A stretch of DNA of 64,000 nucleotides from Octopus sinensis (lineage: Eukaryota): contig NC_043005.1 in the NCBI RefSeq assembly GCF_006345805.1, positions 104,284,001 through 104,348,000 on the forward strand. Reading direction: 5' to 3'. The position numbers and the translations under genes are program-made. Positions 25,386-37,563 of the stretch are shown here, piece after piece. Each line of letters opens with the position of its first letter. Position 1 is the first letter of the stretch. Under the pieces are notes generated by a model. That model ran no database searches. It had not been told where the DNA came from and saw only the letters and a list, made by a program, of their open reading frames with translations.

Positions 25386-26371
25386 GAATATAAAATACAT
25401 ACATATATATATATATATATACACATGCATATATATATTTAATGAATATATATATATATATGCATGTATGTATGTATAACTAAATACATACAAATGTCTG
25501 TATATATATATATACATACATACACGTATGTATATGCATATAACTGTCCTATGTATGTGAGTTTATGTGTGTTTGTATATATATGCACACGTTCATGTGG
25601 ATGCTGTTGTGTGTTTGTGCTTCCCTGAGCGTGTATGCCTCTAAAAATATGCTGAGATGGGGTGAATACCTCAGAGGAGTGTTTTGCATACAAAATGCAA
25701 CAAATACAGTAGGGTTTCATATAATTTAGCGTGTGTATACACGTAAGCATGTCTATGTTTATGCATATTTTCAATAAATTTGCCTAAAGCAATGAAAAAG
25801 AAAGTATTAAATTCTTGTTTTTCCAAAACTAATACATGAATGAAGGGGAAGAAGTGAGAAAGAATGCGAGTGAAATACACAAAAGGGAAGACTTCGTGCG
25901 CTTGTAAATTGTGTATGAGTGTCTGTGTGCGTGTGCGCGCGAGCTTGGGTGTGTGTGTCAGTGCTCATGCTTTAAAGAGCAATATATGTGTTTATATATA
26001 TATACATTCACGTACATATATACATATTATATGAGTGTGTATGTGTGTATGTGAAAATTTAGGAGATTAGTAGCGTGAAAGATATCCTGACACCGGAACA
26101 CCTTGTCTGGAACTGAAGGGCATTTTACAAGAGACACAAAACACACGTGTGGAATCAAGCGTTTTGAATGAAGGCTTTTCTTTTTTTCCGAATGACATGG
26201 CGTAATCTTATCTCTTCAGATAGAATATTAACTGCAATACATGCCTAATATCTACCCGAGTGAACCTTTCTTAGGTTTTTGGTCTTACGTACACATGTAC
26301 GCAGTGTATTCAGGAATATGGTTAAAACAATCTTAACAAAACTAAAGAACCGAACATGCATGCAACACCCA

Positions 26372-26459
<88 letters not shown>

Positions 26460-27089
26460 CATACACGCATGCGCAAACACATACGTCCCGTTTTAAAATT
26501 GTTTCAACATTACACACATTGAATCTCGTATTTATTTTTCCATCTTTTTCTTTTTTTTTCCAGTGTACATCTTTTCCTGTTGCTTCTTTTGAGTCAGGAA
26601 TAAAGCTACAAACAACTACCTTATAATTATGAATGGTTAAAGAAATATTTCGATAACATCGACAGAAAACAACAATATATATAGAAATGACTCTATGCAA
26701 TACAAGGATATACTTTTGTAAACTCTGGACAAAACACCTATGCATCGTCATTGTTATGACTCATTATTAGAGAAGCTAAGTTTAGCAGATCAAGCTAATT
26801 TGGACTCTGCAATTTGTATTAAGCACCCTTCTATTTTCACTCCTGTATGTATTTGATGGATGCTAATTTTTAGCCCTGTATCTATTAATTTTAAATATCC
26901 ATTGGTGACGGAGCATAGTGAGTATTGCAATTTTATCTTACTTAATATTTATTTTTGCTTCATTGAAAATTTGTTTTGGAAAATGGAATTAAATCTATCA
27001 AGATGCCTGTGCATTTATTCGGTAGCACTTGAAATGTTTTTCATAGTTCCATGGAGATTTTCGTTTATTTACTAGCAATATTGTTTGTA

Positions 27090-27240
27090 ATTGAAGCACA
27101 ATGCCAGAAAATTTGATGGGATTTGGGGCTAATAGATTACATCGACTTCAGGACTCGAGTGGTATTTTATTTAATTGACGCCGAAAGGATGAAAGGTAAG
27201 ATTCATTTCGGCGGTTAACTCAGATTATAAAGAGCAAGAT
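27090..27240 (-). mobile_element. Degenerate Meta-like SINE
   Basis: gacgccgaaaggatgaaaggtaagattcatttcggcgg. Confidence 0.55.
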
Positions 27241-27701
27241 CAAATGTAACACTTTTTTTAAAACTCCAGCAATTTCTTCCAATACACCACCACTGAAATA
27301 ACTAAAAACTGACGTTTGAAAAAGGAGATTGAATAAAAGAATCCTGAAAGAAAAATGAATGCCTGTATGTTTTAACTGAGTTAAATGGAATAAAATCTTC
27401 AGGAAAGTTCTCTATCTACTTACTGGGGCATAAATATTTTACAGAAGTCTAAATATAAGTTATAAATATAGAATATCATGGGAAGTCTATACATACATTC
27501 TGTGCATCGGCCAAAAGAGAAATACAAATCCTAATCTAACTCGTAAACACTCTCATTTATACACACTAATATACACGTATATATAGAATGTGTGTGTGTG
27601 TGTATAAATATACTAGTGTGTGTGTATGTGTGTATGTGTATATGTATATACATATATATACTATATACTATATATATATATATAGTATATTTATATATAT
27701 G

Positions 27702-27774
<73 letters not shown>

Positions 27775-27807
27775 TAATATATATATATATGTATATATAT
27801 ATACATG

Positions 27808-27865
<58 letters not shown>

Positions 27866-28103
27866 ATATAAATAACTTATAAGTTATTTTATAAGTTATT
27901 TATGAATTTAACCGTTAAAGGTATTTTTTAATATGCTGGCCATTGATAAAAATATTTTTCGAAAAAATTTTATCCTACATTAGATATATATATTATCATT
28001 AATTAAAATCTTAGGGTAGCAAGAATATTCACAGAAAAATTCTTAGTTACCATTGGTCTAGCGAGAAAGAAAAAAATTAGTCAATAGACTATATATTATT
28101 CAA

Positions 28104-28324
28104 AGAAGAATACAGTGTACGTTCAAACACAAAAGAGATACCCGAAGAATAGGATATTTGACTCGCTAGGAAGAGCAGTTAAAACTCCAAGCCATCAATT
28201 CGGAAAGTGATTGGAAAATAAAAAACTTTTACTTTAATTCTAGGATTAACTGCTCTTTCTAGCGAGTCAGATATCCTATTCTTCGGGTATCTCTTTTGTG
28301 TTTGAACGTACACTGTATTCTTCT
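28104..28324. repeat. 79-bp near-perfect inverted repeat with 63-nt spacer, ending at (TA)n
   Basis: 28104-28182 is the reverse complement of 28246-28324 with two mismatches. Confidence 0.85.
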
Positions 28325-28337
28325 ATATATATATATA

Positions 28338-28382
<45 letters not shown>

Positions 28383-28386
28383 ATAT

Positions 28387-28725
28387 CAGAAATATTAAAT
28401 TTCTAGATATCTCATAGAGCTATGTACGGTGGTGGAGCGTAGAGTGGTTGTATACTGTCAACTTAACGTGACAGTCCTGTAAGGGAATTTCACCACCGCT
28501 GTTTAGCCCTAGGAAGCATCGAGGCTTCCTGTCGGCCTTGACACATTTCCTGTGTCCTTATATATTACGATGGGGAGACAGGGGTATTTGTCTCCCCTTC
28601 GTAAATATATAAGGACACAGGAAATGTGTCAAGGCCGACAGGAAGCCTCGATGCTTCCTAGGGCTAAACAGCGGTGGTGAAATTCCCTTACAGGACTGTC
28701 ACGTTAAGTTGACAGTATACAACCA

Positions 28726-28729
<4 letters not shown>
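28387..28729. mobile_element. Truncated retrozyme-like element E3 as a 289-bp fold-back (28441-28729) plus left extension
   Basis: Palindrome centred on loop 28581-28588. Shares the GGACAC..GTGTC, GGCC and GGGCTAAA architecture with E2 and the 353-nt element. No HHR is retained. Confidence 0.7.
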
Positions 28730-28763
<34 letters not shown>

Positions 28764-29235
28764 CTATATATATATATATATATAATTTGAAAGGTATGCA
28801 CCAGGTAGGGTTGAGTAATGTCCGTGGTTCTGGCCAATGGTTGATTGTTGTCGAGATATCGAGTAAGATATTTCGGCTTTGTACACAGAGAAAACCAACC
28901 CTATGAGTATTTAGCGCTTAAGGGGGCTTGTCCACATTATGCGTAGTACGTTATGAGTAGTACGTTGTTGGTATATTCTAGGGTCTCCAACAAGGCGTAA
29001 ATTCCCTTGGTGTATTATAGTTAAATAAATAAAAAAGCACAATAGATAAGTGTCAGCTCATTACAACTGCTTCTTGCGTTACTTTTAATGAAGAATGAGA
29101 AACATTACATCCCTAAAAAAGACCGTAGTCATCAGATCTCATTTATGTTCTCGTCATGTTTCTCATTCTTCATTGAAAATTACATAAACAGTTGTAATGA
29201 GCTGACTCTTATCCATCGTGCGTTTTTATTCACTT

Positions 29236-29278
<43 letters not shown>

Positions 29279-29317
29279 TACATACATACATATATAGTAG
29301 TCAGTTGTGGAATGCAC

Positions 29318-29353
<36 letters not shown>

Positions 29354-29359
29354 GCACGC

Positions 29360-29530
29360 ACACGCACACACACACACATACACACACACACTGGCTTCTT
29401 TCAGTTTCTCTCAACCAAATCCACTCACAAGGTTTTGGTCGGCTCGCGGCTATAAAAGAAGACACTTGCCCAAAGTGTCACGTAGTGGGACTAAAACCCG
29501 GAACCATGTGGTTGGGAAACAAGCTTCTTT
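29360..29530 (-). mobile_element. CORE-SINE 5' half
   Basis: ggcttctttcagtttctctcaaccaaatccactcacaagg...gaagacacttgcccaaag...ggaaccatgtggttgg. Confidence 0.8.
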
Positions 29531-29559
29531 ATTTCATTATATTGGCCATAAGGCCTTAC

Positions 29560-31300
29560 ACAGAGAAAGGAAACTGCAGGCTGGACGTAGACATTCTGTT
29601 ATATGAAATGAAAATGATGATTAATGGGGCAAAAAACGATGCCCGTCGATCGATTTTTCCCGAGGACATTGATCTCTTGTATATTGTTCATGAGGCAACA
29701 AACCTCTACAATGTTCACAATATTTAATAACAAAGGATCTCTCTCAATAATACAGAGGTTTTCAACCACTTATCCATATACCTCCTCAATATCGCTTGTG
29801 CCCGCATCCTTCGCCATCACCCACGCCTCATTCAAGGTCAAAGTGGGTGCCGTGTCGGCGTCGCCCGGGTACAGGCGATATTTTTCATTGAGTCCCTCCA
29901 GACTATACGTCACGGGCAACGTTATGACCTCCACAGCTCTCTGCAGAGGCCACCACCTTTTCAACCTCTCCGCCTCTATAGAAGAAGACCAATAATTCGT
30001 CTTCCCCCGGTGGCGGAATATCCAATTCTATCGTTGGCGGCACAGTTCCCGCCAATGGTATCTCTTCCCCTGCCGATGGCACAACTCCAACCGACGAGGT
30101 TCCGGGACATTCCGGTACTATGTCACCGACTGCCGGCAATGTCCAGTTTCTCTTCCTCTTCCTCTTTTTTTTCTTTTCAGCTGAGGGAGAGTACGTCTCC
30201 TCCGTGACAGGGAGATTCGCCTTCCCTTCCTCATACTTAGCATCCTTCGGTGAGCACCCATTGTTGCTCACCTTCCTCTTGCGGCCCCTCCTTTGGGGAG
30301 TCCTCCGCCTCCTCGGCCGCCTTCATTCCCTCTTCTACAGAGGTCTCACTTAACTGCTCCAGGACCTTACTTTGTTCCTGGGGACATTTTTTCTTTATAT
30401 GAGCAGGCTCCAGACACCGATGACACCTGGTGGTGGTGGTGGGGAGACGACCCTCAAGAATTACTGGGTACCTGCACCCGGCCATTTAAAAAAAAACATG
30501 GAAAAACAGATTGACTGATTGGGTCCAAAGAGTCAAGACAGCTTTTGACCCAAATCAATCAGCCGCAGGAAAAACTTTCACATTAAGAAGTTTGTCTCCG
30601 CCTCCACCCGGACCCCGGCGGATAGTTTCCTCTATCCACTCGGATTTTATCCCGGGTGGCAACCCACAGATCCAAGCTCTTGTCAACTTCCTCCCACAAT
30701 ACGTGGGAAGAAACAAAATTTTATCGCCCTGCAGGGGCTGGCTCGCAGAAATGCAAGCCTCCTCTGGGTGTCAAATAGCAACCACACCATTGCATGTTTG
30801 ACAGCCCTGGAGATGAATTTGATAGTTGGCAAATATTCTGCCAACTCTTTCTCAATTTCACACTTTTGAAAGAGGGCAATAGCGTCGAGCGACTTGGAGT
30901 ACGTTCGCAGCACCACCTCTTCAAAGTCTTTCATCCACTGATTGGGTGGGACAATTTCCCACCCCAACGCAGTGTTATTTATCTTCTTTGGCATGTTTCT
31001 AATTGAAGAAAAGTCCACAAAAAAGTTCAAAGTTAAAAAAAAAATGCAGGAAGAAAGGAAGAAGACGAGAAACAGTTAAGAAAACACAGCAAATTCTTCT
31101 GGCTGTCCTGGCACTCCTGGCCAACTTGGTAATCTTCCTGGCAATGGCACAAAACAGTGACAAAAAATACACAATTTTCGGAAGGTTACGCCCCCCCCCC
31201 CCACACACACACTTCGCTCCGCTAAAACACTGGCAGAAAAATGCGTGGAACTCAGTGGAGATTCCCTGCTCGACAAAAATAAGTAAGCATGAGCAACGAA
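29560..31300 (-). pseudogene. Decayed gag/ORF1-like gene with CX2CX4HX4C zinc knuckle, acidic tract and basic stretch; no ORF2 visible
   Basis: PTYCGRKLTRAWICGLPPGIKSEWI...YPVILEGRLP..RCHRCLEPAHIKKKC, then an E-rich region and KKKKRKRKR; stops and frameshifts. Confidence 0.65.
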
Positions 31301-31498
31301 ACCCCACTGAATCCCCCTCCTAAATCAGATGTCTTACCTAGTAGTTGTACTTCGATAATTCACGAGGCTGGTATACAAATACCTGACTCCAGCAGCGAAG
31401 GACGCATCCACTCAGTAGTGAGGGAACTAAGCTTCTTACCACACAACCACGCCTGTACCTATATATATATATATATATTATATATATATATATATATA

Positions 31499-31530
<32 letters not shown>

Positions 31531-31531
31531 A

Positions 31532-32614
31532 ATAAGAATGAATGTTTTTATATATAATGAACGTGAAATACAGGAAGGGACGAACACGGAACACAGACAA
31601 ATCATTCGAAGCCTTCAATCTTCAGTCAGACACCGAATCATCATAGCAAATTTCGGCTGTTCAATTCTGATATTTGCTCCAACTCGGCCAGCCCCAAGAA
31701 AAAAAACTAAGCTGTAAGCATTAGATTTCTTGGTAGAAGACAGGAATGTGAACGCACAAGACGGGTGTAAATACAAGAGACGAAAACGAAATTGAAAACA
31801 GTAATGAATAACAAAAATATATATAACGGTGGTTGTCATACGACTTTAGACCAAATGAGACAGAAACAACAACATAGCAGCTGGCGTAGAAATAATTACC
31901 GTTTCGGTAGCGGGGACACATGTTGGTCGAGATACGATGGCCAACAGAATGGTTTAAGAAGCAGCAGGTTGCAGGAGAGAGAGAGAAAGAGAGACAGAGA
32001 GAGAGGGAATCAAAGAGGGTGGAAGGCAGGGGACAGAATGAGTGACAAGAGAAAAGGAGAAAGAAGGGATTAAGGAGGATGGGAGGAAGAGGGGAGGAGG
32101 ATGGGAGGAAGAGGGGGGAAGAATCGGAGGGCGCCAAAAAGTTTGGTGAAGAAGCAATGGCGGGTAGGAAAGACAGTGTGTATAGAAGTCGTGCAGGGTT
32201 TAAAATTGGACAAACAAATGGGGGGGGGGGGGGTGCACGTAACGCCGCAATAATATAAGAATGAATGTTTTTATATATAATGAACGTGAAATACAGGAAG
32301 GGACGAACACGGAACACAGACAAATCATTCGAAGCCTTCAATCTTCAGTCAGACACCGAATCATCATAGCAAATTTCGGCTGTTCAATTCTGATATTTGC
32401 TCCAACTCGGCCAGCCCCAAGAAAAAAAACTAAGCTGTAAGCATTAGATTTCTTGGTAGAAGACAGGAATGTGAACGCACAAGACGGATGTAAATACAAG
32501 AGACGAAAACGAAATTGAAAACAGTAATGAATAAACAAAAATATATATAACGGTGGTTGTCATACGACTTAGACCAAATGAGACAGAAACAACAACATAG
32601 CAGCTGGCGTAGAA

Positions 32615-32617
<3 letters not shown>
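31532..32617. repeat. Two 363-bp direct repeats (31532-31894, 32255-32617) enclosing a purine-rich 360-bp spacer
   Basis: Near-identical repeats, outer ends in (TA)n; resembles a partial-tandem PLE terminal structure. Confidence 0.8.
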
Positions 32618-32686
<69 letters not shown>

Positions 32687-32722
32687 TGTATATATATATG
32701 TATATATATATGTATATATATA

Positions 32723-32969
32723 CTCTTTTACTTGTTTCAGTCATTTTACTGCGACCATGCTGGAGCACCGCCTTTAATCGAGCAACTCGACCCCGGGACT
32801 TATTCTTTTGTAAGCCCAGTACTTATTCTATCGGTATCTTTTGGTGAACCGCTAAGTAACGGGGACATAGACACACCAGCATCGGTTGTCAAGCAATGCT
32901 AGGGGGACAAACACAGACACACAAACACACACACGCACGCATATATATATATATATATAATATATATAT

Positions 32970-33000
<31 letters not shown>

Positions 33001-33185
33001 TATATATATATATACATATATACAACGGGCTTCTTTCAGTTTCCATCTACCAAATTCACTCTCAAGGCTTTGGTCGGCCCGAGGCTATAGTAGAAGACAC
33101 TTGCCCAAGGTGCCACGTAGTGGGACTGAACCCGGAACCGTGTGGTTGGTAAACAAGCTACTTACCACAGAGATACTCCTGCGCC
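32723..33185 (-). mobile_element. Full-length CORE-type SINE
   Basis: Reverse complement of the 61896-62311 family, with an expanded internal (TA)n. Confidence 0.9.
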
Positions 33186-33227
33186 TATGTATATATATGT
33201 ATATATGTATATATATATATATGTATA

Positions 33228-33275
<48 letters not shown>

Positions 33276-33484
33276 ATGTATATATATGTATATATATATA
33301 TATAATAATATATATATATACATACATATATATATATACATATACATATATATACATATACATATATATATGTACATATGTATATATATATACATATATA
33401 TATATACATTTACATAAATATATATATATATATATATATACATTTACATATACATATATATATTTATATACATATATATATATA

Positions 33485-33548
<64 letters not shown>

Positions 33549-33639
33549 GTACATATATATATGTATATCGGCACTCTGAACAAATGGCTGCACCTCGCGG
33601 ACATGATTAAGGAATATATATATTTTCTTCTATTTACAT

Positions 33640-33850
33640 AATATCGAGGTCTCATTCTTTTGTTGTTATATATACATATATATTCGCCATGATAGATCGC
33701 TAGCCACTACACATTCTTTATTTTCTCTTCTTGTTTCTTCCTGTGTTCTCCTCTGTGTAAGAGCGTAGGCTCAACACGTTAAAGACTTTTTCACTTCCCG
33801 AGCGTTAAACTAATACATCTGTTTGTTGTCTACACCACCTGTCTTAATCT
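33640..33850 (+). mobile_element. PLE terminal-repeat fragment with degenerate HHR
   Basis: ctgtgtaa-gagc gtag gctc-aaca-cgtt-aaag at 33753-33784. Confidence 0.4.
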
Positions 33851-34448
33851 TTTTTTTGTGTGTGTGTGAATTCTCCCTATATATATATGTATGTATGTAT
33901 GTATGTATATGTATGTATTTATGCATGTATGTGTGGGTGTATGTATGGTTAAAAACCGTTCATTTAATCTGGTATGAAGGTAACAATCCTAGGATATATA
34001 CTTACAGTAAAATATGTGAAGTGTTATGTACACAAAGTATATGAGCTAAAAAATGAACTGAACCGTGTTAAAACCTAGAATTTAAAACAGTTTGATTGTG
34101 TTTTATCATAATAATAATTGTTACCACAATGAATTTTTGAAAATATTTAAACATAAAACATTTTGGTACCTCATTTGTGAAATTTAGGTGAATATTTTGG
34201 GAAATATAATTTGAATGGTCAGCGAAATGGTCAAAATCCCACCTAATTAGCCTAAATGAATAATTAGCTATATTTGTGATGTCAGATCTTTGAAACTGAG
34301 GTGATAATCATCTTCAAACTAAACAATTTAATAGTGACCATCGTCTAGCAGTTTCCGCTTCATTTTTTTTTTCAGGTTCTTGGAAACAAAACTTGTTTTA
34401 TGGCAATATTTTAAATATTCATGTCAAACCTATTTTGGTGCAGCTCAC

Positions 34449-34477
34449 AAACAGTCAATTCCGCAGTGTTTTCAAAC
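34449..34477 (-). CDS. Candidate 29-nt exon of gene A (FENTAELTV)
   Basis: Acceptor tttaactag, donor gtgagc. Only phase 2 is open and it ends in phase 1, matching exon 14534-14601. Confidence 0.35.
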
Positions 34478-35189
34478 CTAGTTAAATTCAAAAGTACAAG
34501 CCACAGAAACTTGAGTTTTGATATATTTGTAGTTGGTATAGAAATAAACAAATTCTGAGATTTTAGAACATGACAGCATTTCAATAAAATTTTAATAGAC
34601 TATTAAAAATGGCGAACTTTCGGATGAAGACGTCCACATAAGTTGGATTTTTTTCCAATTTTTTGTTTGTATCACGGGCTTGGAAATTATGGGGGTAAGC
34701 TTTTTATCAAAAAAATCTTTAGGAAAAATTTTATCCCCTCGTCCCGGACTGATTTTGACCAATTTTTTTTTTTTTGCACTACGCACTTAAAAACGATGGG
34801 AGAAACATTTTCAGTAAAAAAGAAAAAATTGAAAATATTTTCAAACGAAAATATGTACGATTTAAGGGAGAGTTAGTTCTTTCTAGCACATCCCACAACC
34901 ACCTGATACCTTTCTCACAACTGTAAAACAAAATCTGAAACTAATTCCTTGCTTTAAGCATTAAAAACATAAATTAAAGGCATTAACATCTTTAACTCAC
35001 AACAAACTCATTACTAAGTGAGTGAGAGAGAGAGAGAGAGTTAGAGAGAGACCCAAAACGACAGTGACACAAATTATCTCAACTGTATTCAAAATATCAC
35101 ATCTGACATAGTCAACAAAATTATATTCATTGCTCAATATTATTAGTTACAAAGAAATTTTTAAAATATGCCGGTCAAAGCGAAAAGAT

Positions 35190-35432
35190 CCCCTATTTCT
35201 TTACTACCCACAAGGAGCTAAACACAGAGGGGACAAACAAGGACAGACAAACGGTACTTATTTAATCGACCCCGAAAGGATTAAAGGCAAAGTTGACCTC
35301 GGCAGAATTTGAACTCAGAACATAGCAGCAGACGAAATACCTATTTCTTTACTACCCACAAGGGGCTAAACACAGAGAGGACAAACAAGGACAGATAAAC
35401 GGATTAAGTCGATTATATCGACCACAGTGCGT
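35190..35432 (-). mobile_element. Tandem partial Meta-like SINEs (tail-body-tail)
   Basis: ctatttctttactacccacaagg..gctaaacacagag occurs twice around cgaccccgaaaggattaaaggcaaagttgacctcggcagaatttgaactc. Confidence 0.75.
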
Positions 35433-36240
35433 ATTTTTGCTTCATTTTTGTGACCGGGTGTTAACGTTGAGTTTTCGGATCCTGTGAATTTTCCGAGTCC
35501 TGTCCTCACCACCCACCTGTTCACCAGCGCGCATTTTTTTTTCATAATCGTTGAGTACACATTATTTTACGCCTATTGCACTTTTTATTCATTTCATTTT
35601 TGTTGTTGTTGTCCTGGTGTCGAGGTCGGGTAACTGGATCTTCGTGAATTATCCGAGTCTGTGCCCTACCCATCTAACTTCACAAAATTTGATAAACACA
35701 TAGTGTACTAGGTGTAAAATAATGTGTAGTGAACGAATATGAAGAAAAAAATTGCGCCGGCTAACGGAGAAGTGGGGAGAGGGCTCGGAACACTCCTGAT
35801 ATGAATTTTCGGAGTCCTCTCTCCACCGCCCGTTCGCCAGCGCGCATTTCTTTTTTTTTTTTTGCATATTCGTTTACTACATGTTTTATACCTATCACAC
35901 TACTTTTTTTCATGTTTGTGACTGGGTATTAACGTTGAGTTTTCGGATCCTGTGTCATTCATCGTGTGAATTTTCCAAGTCCCCTCACCACTCGTTCGCC
36001 GGCGCGCATTTTTTTTTGCATATCCGTTTACTCCATGTTGTTTTACACCTATTACACTATTTCTTTTTCACTTTTGTGACCGGTAGTTAGCGTTGAGTTT
36101 TCGGATCATGTGAATTTTCCGAGTTTTATCCCCCTCTTCCGTTCGCCAGCGCGCATTTTTTTCATGTTCGTTTCTACATGTTGTATTACACCTATTACAC
36201 TATTTCTTTTTTCATTTCTTTGCTTGGGTCAAAAACTGGA
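35430..36240. repeat. About five diverged 160-bp tandem units, also at 41930-42320 and 46190-46580
   Basis: Recurrent ttaacgttgagttttcggatcctgtgaattttccgagtcc and cgttcgccagcgcgcatttttt. Confidence 0.75.
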
Positions 36241-36598
36241 GGTTAACCTAAATATTTACTAGTTTTTAGACTATGAATTATATTAACATTTATATTGTGT
36301 GTATTTGCATTTTATGGTAAAAGTATATTTTCTGGAGTCGTAGTCTACGAAATGTGCGTATGTATGCATCTATATATATATATATATAATGATAAATATC
36401 AAAGTGAGTTATATACAGTAGCGGTAACACATCGTGACGTATTTTTGCCATTTCAATATGGCTAACCCCTAAGGGTGGATGCTACTGTAGTTTTTAGCCC
36501 CAGGAGGACACACTCCTCCAGCTGGCCATAGACACACTATCTGTGTCCTGTCAGTATTTGCAAAGAGAAGTCATCCTTCCCGTCTTCAACTTATGATA

Positions 36599-36643
36599 CA
36601 CACGGACTCGAGTTTCGAGGTATTGACCTCTCGTCAGCGTGTG
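36599..36643 (-). ncRNA. Type I hammerhead ribozyme (unit 1)
   Basis: Reverse complement of 37355-37399. Confidence 0.88.
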
Positions 36644-36951
36644 ACAATCATAGTTGTCGCCGAGAATTAGATTTCCTTCACAAATACTTATACTTTTTCC
36701 AGCGTCCACTGTCGCTGATATTGAAAAAGTGAAATCAAACAATGATAAATATCAAAGTGAGTTATATACAGTAGCGGTAACACATCGTGACGTATTTTTG
36801 CCATTTCAATATGGCTAACCCCTAAGGGTGGATGCTACTGTAGTTTTTAGCCCCAGGAGGACACACTCCTCCAGCTGGCCATAGACACACTATCTGTGTC
36901 CTGTCAGTATTTGCAAAGGGAAGTCATCCTTCCCGTCTTCAACTTATGATA

Positions 36952-36996
36952 CACACGGACTCGAGTTTCGAGGTATTGACCTCTCGTCAGCGTGTG
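36952..36996 (-). ncRNA. Type I hammerhead ribozyme (unit 2)
   Basis: Reverse complement of 37355-37399. Confidence 0.88.
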
Positions 36997-37354
36997 ACAA
37001 TCATAGTTGTCGCCGAGAATTAGATTTCCTTCACAAATACTTATACTTTTTCCAGCGTCCACTGTCGCTGATATTGAAAAAGTGAAATCAAACAATGATA
37101 AATATCAAAGTGAGTTATATACAGTAGCGGTAACACATCGTGACGATGTGTTACCGCTACTGTATATAACCCTTAGGGGTTAGCCATATTGAAATGGCAA
37201 AAATACGTCACGATGTGTTACCGCTACTGTATATAACTCACTTTGATATTTATCATTGTTTGATTTCACTTTTTCAATATCAGCGACAGTGGACGCTGGA
37301 AAAAGTATAAGTATTTGTGAAGGAAATCTAATTCTCGGCGACAACTATGATTGT

Positions 37355-37399
37355 CACACGCTGACGAGAGGTCAATACCTCGAAACTCGAGTCCGTGTG
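37355..37399 (+). ncRNA. Canonical type I hammerhead ribozyme
   Basis: cacacg-CTGACGA-gaggt caat acctc-GAAA-ctcgag-TC-cgtgtg. Stem I extends through atgat/atcat and caact/agttg; stem III ACUCGAGU is palindromic; GUC cleavage after 37393. Confidence 0.9.
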
Positions 37400-37563
37400 T
37401 ATCATAAGTTGAAGACGGGAAGGATGACTTCCCTTTGCAAATACTGACAGGACACAGATAGTGTGTCTATGGCCAGCTGGAGGAGTGTGTCCTCCTGGGG
37501 CTAAAAACTACAGTAGCATCCACCCTTAGGGGTTAGCCATATTGAAATGGCAAAAATACGTCA

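Noticed and set aside
36388-37140. CRISPR-like or satellite interpretation of the 353-bp repeats
   Set aside because: There are no unique spacers, the context is eukaryotic, and each unit carries a ribozyme.
37451-37517. HDV-like ribozyme reading of GG-hairpin-CUAAA in the shared domain
   Set aside because: The J4/2-like CUAAA fits, but there is no L3 with CC for P1.1 and no consistent P1/P2 partners across the three families.
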